64,000 nt of DNA, taken from NCBI GenBank assembly GCA_946565805.1, contig CAMNWO010000012.1:6209-70208 (forward strand), written 5' to 3'. The translations under genes were made by a program, and so were the position numbers. Each line of letters begins with the position of its first letter. The first letter of the stretch is position 1. Below are positions 44,462-54,141 of the stretch, one piece after another. Source of the stretch: an uncultured Clostridium sp. Lineage in GTDB: Bacteria > Bacillota > Clostridia > TANB77 > CAG-508. The notes below the pieces were generated by a model. The model was not told the origin of the DNA. It searched no databases and saw only the letters and a program-made list of their open reading frames with translations.

Positions 44462-45376
44462 CTATTTAATAATTTCGTAAAAATTCTTGAATTCATATCC
44501 TTTTTCTCTTAAATAAGAAATAAGTTGTGGTAACGCTTCTGCTGTTACTTTTTTAGCTTGGGCATCATGTAGCAAGATAACCACACTACTTTTATTAGCT
44601 ACTGTTTCTTGTATTTTTTTTATTTCATATTCTATGGTTGGTTCTTTGGTTTCAGCATCTCCTGTTAAGGCATTCCAGTCAACATTTACAATATCATTTT
44701 GTAACAATAGTTCTTTTGCTTCATTTTTAATTTCTGCATATTTTCCTCCTGTTAGTCCTCCTGGATATCGAAATAGATGCGAATGATATTCTGGTACACC
44801 AATAGCATCTCTTACTGCCTCATTGCATTGTTTAAATTCTTCTAATACAGCTTGTGGTGAAGCGTAGATAGATGAATATATATGCGTATAGCCATGGTTT
44901 GCTAGATAATGTCCTTCTTCATAAATTCTTTTTACCATTTCAGGTCTTTGTTTTACATTAGAGCCTAATACAAAAAAAGTAGCTTTTACATTCTCTTGTT
45001 TTAACACTTCTAAAATAGTTGGTGTTACACTAGATGGTCCATCATCAAAAGTTAAAAATGCTCTTTTAGTCTCAGAATGATATATTTTTTCAATATTTTT
45101 TCTTCCCTCTTCTGTTAGTTTAGGCATTTTTTCTTGTTTTCTTTTTTCTATTTGAGCTAATTTGTCTTCTTCTTGTTTTTTTAATGCTAATATTTGTGCT
45201 TCATATTGCTCATAAACTTTGTGTTGTTTTATAATTTCTGTTACGTTTTGGACTGTTATAATTAATCCGATTACTGTAAGTATTAGTATAATTACTATAA
45301 TTACTTTTTTTATATTTAATTGCTTTTTAGTTCTTACTAAATAAATATCTTCATAACTACTTTCATCTCTTACCAT
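44462..45376 (-). CDS. Membrane-anchored polysaccharide (peptidoglycan) deacetylase, CE4
   Basis: LTFDDGPS, ATFFVLG, NHGYTH, FRYPGG, ILLHD. Confidence 0.92.
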   Translation of the reverse strand: MVRDESSYEDIYLVRTKKQLNIKKVIIVIILILTVIGLIITVQNVTEIIKQHKVYEQYEAQILALKKQEEDKLAQIEKRKQEKMPKLTEEGRKNIEKIYHSETKRAFLTFDDGPSSVTPTILEVLKQENVKATFFVLGSNVKQRPEMVKRIYEEGHYLANHGYTHIYSSIYASPQAVLEEFKQCNEAVRDAIGVPEYHSHLFRYPGGLTGGKYAEIKNEAKELLLQNDIVNVDWNALTGDAETKEPTIEYEIKKIQETVANKSSVVILLHDAQAKKVTAEALPQLISYLREKGYEFKNFYEIIK

Positions 45377-45501
45377 TTTTTACATCCTTTTTTTATTTTC
45401 TTCATTATATACTATTTTTCTTGTTTTTTGTAGTGTATTTATAAAAAAAATGGGTTTTTTGTATAAAAAAAGAGCCTTTACTGCTCTTTCTTATTATCTC
45501 A

Positions 45502-45657
45502 TTATAATACTAATCCTCTTATATAAAACATATAAGAAATCACAGCTATAAAAAATATAGCTAGTATTATTAAAACTCTAAATATAATATCTCCAACTGT
45601 TGCTTTTGCTTTGTGTTTTCCTCTTTTTACTTTTTTGTTCTCTTTTGTTTCTCCCAT
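45502..45657 (-). CDS. 51-aa single-TM small protein missed by the ORF track
   Basis: MGETKENKKVKRGKHKAKATVGDIIFRVLIILAIFFIAVISYMFYIRGLVL; ATG 1 nt after the metG stop, AAAGGAG RBS. Confidence 0.7.
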   Translation of the reverse strand: MGETKENKKVKRGKHKAKATVGDIIFRVLIILAIFFIAVISYMFYIRGLVL

Positions 45658-45658
45658 T

Positions 45659-47236
45659 TTATTCTCCTTTCATTATATTCTTTAGAAATTCGATTTCTTC
45701 TTCTGCATTCAATCTCATGAAAATAGGTTCTCCTTTTTCAATTACTTTACTGTTTTCTATTTTATCATATACTTTTAAATTTTTCCAGTTTTTCATATCA
45801 TTCTCTTTAATTCCTATTTGTCTAAAAATATTGTCTGCTGTATCTTTCATAAATGGTTGAATTAGAACTGCTATTTTTCTTAAATTTTCTATTAAGTGAT
45901 ACATGCATGACTGCAATTTTTCCATTTGTTCTTCTTTTACTAAAGCCCATGGCATAGTTTCGTCAATATATTTATTGGTTCTAGCCACCAAATTCCATAT
46001 TTCTTGAATACTATTAGCAATTTCATAGTTATTCCATTTTTCATCAAATTTCTCGATTTGTACTAATGTATATTCTTCTAACTCTTTATCAACTTCATTT
46101 GGTGTCCCATTGTATTTTGGTACGTTTCCTTCAAAATATTTATTTACCATAGATACTGTTCGGTTTAAAAGATTACTTAAATCATTGCATAAATCAAAAT
46201 TGTATCTTTCCACAAAAGCTTCTGGTGAAAAAATGCCATCTTGAGAAACTGGCATTTCTCTTAATAAAAAGTATCGAACACTGTCTAATCCATAACGTTC
46301 TATTAGCGTTTCTGGATAAATCACATTTCCTTTGGATTTTGACATTTTACCATCTTTCATCATAATCCAGTTGTGCACTAAAATTGTTTTGGGTAATGGC
46401 AAGTCTAATGCCATCAAGAAAATAGGCCAATAAATCAAATGAAATCTTGCAATATCTTTTCCTACTATTTGTAAGTCTGCTGGCCAATACTTTTTAAATA
46501 AAGTATCATCTTCTGCTAGATATCCTAACGCAGTAATATAGTTTGTTAAGGCATCTAACCAAACATAAATTACATGTTTTGGGTCTTTTGTTACTTTAAT
46601 TCCCCAATCAAATGAAGTTCTACTTACACATAAATCTTCTAGTCCTGGCTTAATAAAGTTGTTTATCATTTCATTTTTTCGATAATCTGGTTTAATAAAA
46701 TCTGGATGTTCTTCATAATATTTTAATAATCTATCTGCATATTTCTTCATGTTGAAGAAGTAAGATTCTTCTTTCATTAGTTCTACTTCTCTTCCACAAT
46801 CTGGGCATTTTCCATCTACTAATTGTGTTTCGGTAAAGAATGTCTCACAAGGGATACAATACCATCCTTCGTATTCACCTTTATAAATGTCTCCTTGTTC
46901 CATAAATCTGTCAAATATTTTTTGCACTACTTTTTCATGTCTTTCCTCTGTCGTTTGAATATAATCATCATATTCTATTTCCATCTTTGCCCACAATTCT
47001 TTTGCCATTTTTGCCATCTCATCTACATATTCTTTTGGCGTTTTGTTAACTTCTTTTGCTTTCTTTTCTATTTTTTGGCCGTGTTCATCTGTTCCTGTTA
47101 ACATATAAGCATCTTCGCCTTTTAATTTATGATATTGTTTCATACTATCTGCTAAAACAGTCGTATAGGCTGTTCCAATATGAAATCTTCCACTTGGATA
47201 ATAGATTGGTGTTGTTACATAAAATTTATCTTTCAT
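45659..47236 (-). CDS. metG: Methionine--tRNA ligase (short form, no C-terminal tRNA-binding domain)
   Basis: TTPIYYP, HIGT, GTDEHGQK, YVWLDAL, KMSKS. Confidence 0.96.
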   Translation of the reverse strand: MKDKFYVTTPIYYPSGRFHIGTAYTTVLADSMKQYHKLKGEDAYMLTGTDEHGQKIEKKAKEVNKTPKEYVDEMAKMAKELWAKMEIEYDDYIQTTEERHEKVVQKIFDRFMEQGDIYKGEYEGWYCIPCETFFTETQLVDGKCPDCGREVELMKEESYFFNMKKYADRLLKYYEEHPDFIKPDYRKNEMINNFIKPGLEDLCVSRTSFDWGIKVTKDPKHVIYVWLDALTNYITALGYLAEDDTLFKKYWPADLQIVGKDIARFHLIYWPIFLMALDLPLPKTILVHNWIMMKDGKMSKSKGNVIYPETLIERYGLDSVRYFLLREMPVSQDGIFSPEAFVERYNFDLCNDLSNLLNRTVSMVNKYFEGNVPKYNGTPNEVDKELEEYTLVQIEKFDEKWNNYEIANSIQEIWNLVARTNKYIDETMPWALVKEEQMEKLQSCMYHLIENLRKIAVLIQPFMKDTADNIFRQIGIKENDMKNWKNLKVYDKIENSKVIEKGEPIFMRLNAEEEIEFLKNIMKGE

Positions 47237-47255
47237 TTATTTTCCTCCTTGGGGT

Positions 47256-47306
47256 AATTGGGGACGTTTCCTTTTGCTCCTTTTGGCGCAATTAGGGACA
47301 CATCTT
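47256..47306. repeat. REP-like family A copy in the metG leader
   Basis: AATTGGGGACGTTTCCTTTTGCTCCTTTTGGCGCAATTAGGGACACATCT. Confidence 0.85.
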
Positions 47307-47388
47307 CTTTCATTTTTTCCATTTTATAGAAATATATTACCACATTTACACAAAAATAGCAACAAATTTTGTTGCTATCTTTCAATAA

Positions 47389-50113
47389 CTATTCATCTTT
47401 TGCGGTATTTATTTTTAATAATTTAAACACTTCTACAATTACTATTGGCGCAAAAACTACAGCAATTAATTCTAGAATATTTTCTGTCGGAAGCACTGGT
47501 ATACTAAATATAGTACGTAAAGCTGGTATAGCTAAAATTACAAACATCAAGGTAGCTGACGCAACGATTGCTCCTATTAATTTGGTATTATTAAACACTT
47601 TTGTTTTAAGCAATGATTTCTTGTTATCTCTTACATTAAATACATGTACTAACTCTGATAACGCAAGTGTTACAAATGCCATTGTTTGACCAACTTCTAT
47701 TTTAGATTCATCTAGTGTTAAACCATCAATTGGTGTATTAGTTGTTGCTAACCCTATCATAAAGGCTCCTAATGTTAGAAAACCTATCATAGCACCTTGA
47801 TAAATTACACGCCATGTCATTCCTTTTGTAAATACGCCCTTTGTTGGTTTAGCTGGCTTTCGTTTCATAATATCTTGATTAGCTGGATCAAAAGCTAATG
47901 CTAATGCTGGAAGCGAGTCGGTAACCAAATTTATCCATAGAATATGGATTGGCAATAAAATTTCCAAATGAGAAATATCAGTAATGCCAAACCAAGTTGC
48001 AAATAGTGGTGTGCAAAGTGTTGCTAAAAATAATACCACAATTTCTCCTACATTGCTAGATAACAAAAATTGAATTACTTTTAATATGTTATCATAAATT
48101 CTTCTACCTTCTTCTACTGCTGAAACAATTGTTGCAAAATTGTCATCTGTTAAAATAACATCGGCTGCCTCTTTGGCTACATCAGTTCCAACAATTCCCA
48201 TGGCACATCCAATATCTGACGTTTTTAAAGCTGGACTATCATTTACCCCATCACCTGTCATAGCAACGATTTCTCCATTTTTTTGCCATGCTTTTACAAT
48301 TCTAACTTTGTGCTCTGGTGATACTCTAGCATAAACAGAGTATTGTCTTACCCTTTTTTCTAGTTCTTCATCTGTCATTTTTTCTAATTCTAGACCTGTA
48401 ATCGCTTCTTCTTCTTTTTCTAAGATGCCTAATTTCTTAGCAATGGCTGTTGCTGTAATTTTATGATCTCCTGTTATCATAACGGTTTTTATTCCTGCTG
48501 TTTTACATTTTTCTACAGCTATTTTGGCTTCTTCTCTTGGCGGATCTATCATTCCCACCATTCCAATAAAAATTAAATCTTTTTCCATTTCTTGCATTTC
48601 TTCACTAGATGGTTTATGGTCTAGCTCTTTGTAAGCACATGCCAATACTCTTAATGCCTCTTTTGCCATATCTTCATTGTGCCTACGGATTATAGTTGCA
48701 TAATTTTCTAAATCTTGTTTTACTTCGCCTTCTATTATATAAGCTTTACATCTTTTTAGTAATTCATCTACTCCTCCTTTGGTATAAACGATATATTTTC
48801 CATTTTGCTCGTTAACTGTTGTCATTAATTTTCTGTCTGAGTCAAAAGGTACTTCATTTAGACGAGGATTTCTATCATAGATACTTGGATCAAAATCTAG
48901 TTTAAATGCCATATCAACTAAAGCTGTTTCTGTTGGATCTCCTGTTAGTGTTCTATCATTTGAAATTTTAGTATCATTGCATAACATGTTAGCATACACT
49001 AATTTATTAATGTCTTCATTTATTTCTTTTACATTTTGTAAATCTTCTGTTTTTCCGTTAATAAATATTTTTTCTACTGTCATTTTATTTTGTGTTAATG
49101 TTCCTGTCTTGTCTGAACAAATAACAGTTGCACTTCCTAATGTTTCAACTGCTGGTAATCTTTTTACAATGGCATTTTTCTTAACCATTTTTTGTACGCC
49201 TATTGCCAATACAATGGTTGAAACAGCCACTAAGCCTTCTGGAATTGCTGCAACCGCAAGACTAACTGCTGTCATAAACATGTGAATTGCTTCTTTGCCT
49301 TGTAATAATCCAATAACAAAGATAAAAGCACAAATAAAAATAGCTGCCATACCTAAAGTCTTTCCTAGTTTATTTAATTTTTGTTGTAGTGGGGTTTCTT
49401 GTTTTTCTGTGTTATTTATCATTCCAGCAATTTTCCCTACTTCTGTTGTCATTCCTGTTTCTACTACAATTCCTTTTCCTCTACCATAGGTTACCAAGCT
49501 AGAAGAAAACAACATGTTAACTCTATCGCCAATTCCAATTTCTTCTCCTTCTATTCTGTCTATGCTCTTTTCTACTGGTACTGATTCACCTGTTAATGAG
49601 GCTTCTTGTGATTTCAAGTTGATAGCTTCCGTTATCCTTAAATCAGCTGGGATATAGTCTCCTGTATCTAATACTACAATATCTCCTGGTACTAATTCTT
49701 TTGCTGGAATAACAGTAACTTCTCCATTTCGAATAACTTTAGATGCATGGTCTGTTAATTTTTGCAAAGCTTCTAATGACTTTTCCGCTTTAGATTCTTG
49801 TGTTACACCGTATAATAGCATTAACTATAACTACAATCATGATAATAATTGTATCGGTTATTCCTTCTCCTTCTGCTATTCCAACTGCTCCTGATACAAT
49901 TGCTGCTATGATTAATACGATAATAGAAAAGTCTTTGAACTGGTCAGCAAATCTTTGTATTAATGTTTTCTTTTTAGTTGCTTTTAGTTGATTAAGTCCA
50001 TATTTTTCTTGTCTTTCTTTAACTTGCTCTGTTTGTAATCCTTTCTTTTGATTGGTTTGTAGATCTTTTTCTACTTCCTCGATTTCTTGGTTAAACCATT
50101 TTTTGTTTTCCAA
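47389..50113 (-). CDS. P2A-type cation (Ca2+/Mn2+) transporting ATPase, one +1 frameshift at CGG (49810); 907 aa restored
   Basis: LTGES, PEGL, DKTGTLT, TGDGVND; junction restores VNAIIGVTQE.KAE. Confidence 0.92.
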
Positions 50114-50166
50114 CTTTTAAATCACTCCTTTTTCTTATTTTTTACATTTTTTATAATTTTATAACT

Positions 50167-50296
50167 AAAAAGACCCTTAAAAAGAATGCATTTCTCATTC
50201 TTTTTAAAAGTCTCGCTTGACTATTGTTAGCCTTACTAACCAGATATTTTTCATATCGCGACTGTTGATTAGTAATGAAAAGCTACTCCCTTTTAA
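50167..50296 (-). promoter_or_regulatory. yybP-ykoY (Mn2+) riboswitch with intrinsic terminator
   Basis: Minus strand reads AAAAGGGAGTAGC ... TCAACA ... GCGAGACTTTT, then a hairpin and U-tract overlapping the 3' strand; upstream of a P-type ATPase as is typical. Confidence 0.8.
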
Positions 50297-50306
50297 TATT
50301 ATTTTT

Positions 50307-50381
50307 TGGTGACCCCTACGGGAATCGAACCCATGATTCCACCTTGAGAGGGTGGCGTCTTAACCGCTTGACCAAGGGGCC
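50307..50381 (-). tRNA. tRNA-Glu(CTC)
   Basis: GGCCCCT acceptor stem, CCACC-CTCTCAA-GGTGG anticodon arm, GGTTCGATTCC, CCA. Confidence 0.96.
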
Positions 50382-50454
50382 TTCTTAATTACTTATTATT
50401 TATATCATTTTTTTTTAGTTTCGTCAACTAGTAAAATGATATTTTTATAAAACA

Positions 50455-50483
50455 ATGATTTTGGGGACGGAGGAAAAAATCAT
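50455..50483. repeat. REP-like family C2 copy
   Basis: ATGATTTTGGGGACGGAGGAAAAAATCAT. Confidence 0.85.
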
Positions 50484-50506
50484 CGTTGAGTAGTTATTTT
50501 ATTTAC

Positions 50507-50905
50507 TCATGATTTTTCCTCATTTAAAATCTCTTTTAATCTCTTAAATTGTTTCGTCAAATATAAATAACCTAGCAAAGCTTCAAAAGCTGTCGCATAA
50601 CGATATTCTTGAACATTAGCATTTTTAGGTAAATGATGGCTTTCCGCATTTCTTCCACGTCTTACAATATCTTTTTCTTCATCTGTCAATTTTTCATGTA
50701 TTTCCTCCAAAAGTTTTGCTTGTGCTTTTGCTTTTACATGTTTAATCGTTTCAATATGTAATTTATGTGGTTTTAAATTGGTTGTATTTACTAAATTGGT
50801 TCTTATATATAGTTCATACACACAATCTCCTACATATGCCCATGTAAGCGGTGATAGTAAATTAATTTCTTCTTCTGGTCGGTTTAAATTAATCCATTCT
50901 TCCAT
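50507..50905 (-). CDS. mrnC: Mini-ribonuclease III
   Basis: AYVGDCVYELYIR, VKAKAQA, RRGRNA, YRYATAFEALLGYLY. Confidence 0.94.
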   Translation of the reverse strand: MEEWINLNRPEEEINLLSPLTWAYVGDCVYELYIRTNLVNTTNLKPHKLHIETIKHVKAKAQAKLLEEIHEKLTDEEKDIVRRGRNAESHHLPKNANVQEYRYATAFEALLGYLYLTKQFKRLKEILNEEKS

Positions 50906-50936
50906 TTTTTTGCTTCCTTTTTATTTTTTTATTCAT

Positions 50937-50986
50937 AGATGTGTCCCCAATTGCTCCAAAAGGAGCAAAAAGAAACGTCCCTAATT
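50937..50986. repeat. REP-like family A copy abutting the ylqF stop
   Basis: AGATGTGTCCCCAATTGCTCCAAAAGGAGCAAAAAGAAACGTCCCTAATT. Confidence 0.85.
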
Positions 50987-51887
50987 ATCCCTTTGGAAAT
51001 TCAATTGTTATTTTTCCAATAATTCCATTTTTGAATTCGTCTAATAGTATTCTTGCTGTTTTTTCTTCGTCAATGTTTCCTCCAGAAATAATGCACCCTC
51101 TTTTTCTTCCTATTTCTAACATGATTTCGTAGATATTTTCGTTTTCTGGTTGTTCTTGTTGTAGTTTTTCTTCTATTAGTGCTTCTGGTATTTTGTATCT
51201 TTGACATAGTTTTTCTTTGTCATTTTCGATTAGAAATTTAGTTAGGTAATAAGCTATGTCTACTCTTTGTAAGATATCTTCTTTTATGGTTCCTGTGAAA
51301 GCTAAGTTTAGTGCTACTTCTTCACTTTCAAATTTTGGCCACAATACTCCTGGGGTGTCTAATAATTCGATTTTGTCGTTAATTCGTATCCATTGTTTTT
51401 GTTTGGTTACTCCTGGTTTGTTTCCTACTCCTGCTGTTGTTCTTTTAGAGATTCGATTGATAAAGGATGATTTTCCTACATTTGGTATTCCTAATATCAT
51501 TGCTCTTATTTTTCTTCCTATTCTTCCTTTATCTGCTTGTGCTTGTATTTCTACATTCATCATGTTTTCTATTTTTCGAATGCATTGGTCGATTCCTTTT
51601 CCAGAGTTTGAGTCTGTTAGTACAGCTGGTATTCCTTTTTTCTCAAAATGTTTTATCCATAATTGATTTTGTTTTTCATCTGCTAAGTCACATTTGTTTA
51701 GTACTACTATTTTTTTCTTTCCTTTTATAATATTTGCTATATCTGGATTTTGACTTGAGATTGGTATTCTTGCATCTAATAGTTCGATTACTATGTCTAC
51801 TATTTTTAGGTCTGCTTCTATTTGTCTTCTGGTTTTTGCCATATGCCCTGGATACCAGTTTATATTCATACTATTTCCATTATTCAT
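50985..51887 (-). CDS. ylqF: Ribosome biogenesis GTPase RbgA/YlqF
   Basis: INWYPGHMAK, DARIP, NKCDL, GIPNVGKSS, DTPG. Confidence 0.95.
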   Translation of the reverse strand: MNNGNSMNINWYPGHMAKTRRQIEADLKIVDIVIELLDARIPISSQNPDIANIIKGKKKIVVLNKCDLADEKQNQLWIKHFEKKGIPAVLTDSNSGKGIDQCIRKIENMMNVEIQAQADKGRIGRKIRAMILGIPNVGKSSFINRISKRTTAGVGNKPGVTKQKQWIRINDKIELLDTPGVLWPKFESEEVALNLAFTGTIKEDILQRVDIAYYLTKFLIENDKEKLCQRYKIPEALIEEKLQQEQPENENIYEIMLEIGRKRGCIISGGNIDEEKTARILLDEFKNGIIGKITIEFPKG

Positions 51888-52028
51888 ATATTTCACCTTC
51901 TTTTTTACTCTTTTCCTATTATACCACAAATTTCTTATTTAATAAAGCAAAATTTTATATTCGCAAAGAAAGAGTGCTAATTAAGCACTCCTTCTGGTAA
52001 TTTAGGTCCCATATTAGACCTGCCGTTT

Positions 52029-53918
52029 TCAATTAGATACGTCTACTTTTTCAAATAACTCATCAATTTCACTCTTGGATAACATTCCTTTTTCGATAAG
52101 AGCTTCTACCAAAGCATCTAAGTATTTCCGTTTTTCCGTCAGCAGATTCTCTGCATATTCACGGGCCTCTTTTAAGATTTCGTCCATGTATTTATTGATG
52201 TCAGTAACAATTTGCTCATTAAACAAATTATCCTGTCCTTCTTTGATAAATACACGGTCCTGAGACATATCTTCTACCAGACCATATCTCATTACCATAT
52301 CTTTCGCCAGTCGTGTGGCCTTCCGTAAATCTGAAGATGCTCCTGCTGTCAAAGTTTGAGAATACATTTTTTCTGCTACTCTTCCTGCTAAAATGGCACC
52401 GATGGTTTGAATGTAGTAATTTCTGTTATTAGAAGGTGTTATATCTGGATTAATCTCAAATACATTAACTCCTAAATAGCCATCTGCTGGCATAATAGAT
52501 ACAGCAAGCATTTCATGTTCTACTAACTCGTCTGAGAAAACATGAGCAATGTAATGACCTGCTTCGTGATAACTGGTAGCAGTTTTGTTGTTGTCACTCA
52601 TCTTATCGAATTTCCTTTGATTCACTTTGAAATTTTCTAATATATCTTGTTCTATAACCTCTTCCCTTTCTTCTAATTCCGCACATACCATGGTTTTATC
52701 TAGTAAATCTAAGGTTCTATCTGGATTTTTGGTCTCAAAGTTAAAACATGCTGCTTTGAAAATTACAGAATCAACCAATTCTCTGGAAATTGTTGTATGA
52801 TGAGCCTCTTCCAAAAGCTTAATTTGATTTTTTATCATATCATAAACTTCACAAGCTCTTGGCTCCCTCACTTCAATTTTTTCAAACCTTCTTTTTAACG
52901 CTGAATCTCTAGAAAAATACTGATTGTATTCAGCCTCTGTTGTTGCTCCAATAACTCTAGTTTCTCCACGAGCCAGCAATGGCTTTAGGGCATTTGCTAG
53001 GTCTAGATCACCTTCACGGCAAGCTCCGGCACCAAGCAAAAGATGGATTTCATCAATAAAGAGTATACATCTTGGATTTTTTTCCAGGAACTGTATTAAC
53101 TGTTTAAAACGTTCTTCTGCACTTCCTCTGTACTGGGTTCCCGCGACAATAGCATTGACATCAAGGCTAAGCAGTATGCTATCTTTAAATTGTTTTGGAC
53201 AGTTCCCTGTAACAATCATCCAGGTGAATTTTTCAACTAGCGCTGTTTTACCAACACCTGCGTCTCCTACTAATACTGCATTTCGCTTTGTCTTTTTCAT
53301 TAAGATTCTAATCAATGCTTTTGTTTCTTCATCTCTGCCACAAATGTGACACTCTTTGCTGTTTTGGGAATATTTACTGTTTAATACCCGTAAAAAGCTA
53401 CTTAAAGTTCTCGGCATTTCAAAACTTGTCATCGTATCATCTCCTAATTCATTTAATGTGTTCGGAATTCCCAAAGTAGGAATAAAAGTTCTCATGACAT
53501 ATTCAAATTCTTCTTCATATAACTCTGCAAATGCCTCAGTCATATGTTTTATTCCTATCCACTCATCCGCATATTTCTTTTCTACAAGCTCTGCTGCTTT
53601 ATTAAAGATCTTAATAATATCTCTATCAATATTAAAAACATCCGGTTTTTCTTTGCCTCCTGTTGCAATTTGAAATGGTATTACAAAATATTCTCTCCCA
53701 CCTGTAGCCATTTCATTGAAAAGTTGTAGTCTTTTTTCTTCAATTTCTTCTTCTTTTATCCCTTTTGTTAAAAAGTAATTGTAAATCGGTGAACTCGGCA
53801 TTCCAAACAAAACCACAAAGAGCATTTCCTTTAAAACGACTGGAATACCTACTTCTTCTGCTATACTCCGAGCTGAGTTTATAGCAAACAATGCTGTTCC
53901 ATCAAATTTGTAAGACAT
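52029..53918 (-). CDS. ClpA/B-type AAA+ domain fused to an FtsH-type M41 metallopeptidase domain
   Basis: GRDEE..KTKRNAVLVGDAGVGKT, FIDEIH, IGATT, RRFE; then YHEAGH, LAGRVAE, GASSDL. Confidence 0.85.
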   Translation of the reverse strand: MSYKFDGTALFAINSARSIAEEVGIPVVLKEMLFVVLFGMPSSPIYNYFLTKGIKEEEIEEKRLQLFNEMATGGREYFVIPFQIATGGKEKPDVFNIDRDIIKIFNKAAELVEKKYADEWIGIKHMTEAFAELYEEEFEYVMRTFIPTLGIPNTLNELGDDTMTSFEMPRTLSSFLRVLNSKYSQNSKECHICGRDEETKALIRILMKKTKRNAVLVGDAGVGKTALVEKFTWMIVTGNCPKQFKDSILLSLDVNAIVAGTQYRGSAEERFKQLIQFLEKNPRCILFIDEIHLLLGAGACREGDLDLANALKPLLARGETRVIGATTEAEYNQYFSRDSALKRRFEKIEVREPRACEVYDMIKNQIKLLEEAHHTTISRELVDSVIFKAACFNFETKNPDRTLDLLDKTMVCAELEEREEVIEQDILENFKVNQRKFDKMSDNNKTATSYHEAGHYIAHVFSDELVEHEMLAVSIMPADGYLGVNVFEINPDITPSNNRNYYIQTIGAILAGRVAEKMYSQTLTAGASSDLRKATRLAKDMVMRYGLVEDMSQDRVFIKEGQDNLFNEQIVTDINKYMDEILKEAREYAENLLTEKRKYLDALVEALIEKGMLSKSEIDELFEKVDVSN

Positions 53919-54141
53919 CTAATACCTCCTTATGTTGCGAAAAAGTTATTTAGTTACAAATAGTTACATTATCTAATGTTAAACGCCACCTCCTATAATT
54001 TTATGTTTACACAAAATGTTAATATTTGTATTCTATAATCTTTTCTTTGATTTGTCAACAAATATTCAAGATTTTGCATAAAAAAGAAAGTAAATGTGAA
54101 CTCTCTCTCAAAAGTAGAGTTCATTTACTTTCTTAACTTTA

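Noticed and set aside
2333-49810. Split genes as ordinary pseudogenes or random sequencing indels
   Set aside because: All 11 lesions are the same event (C at codon position 1 before GGN, outside homopolymers) with no other damage. A motif-specific artefact still needs read-level exclusion.
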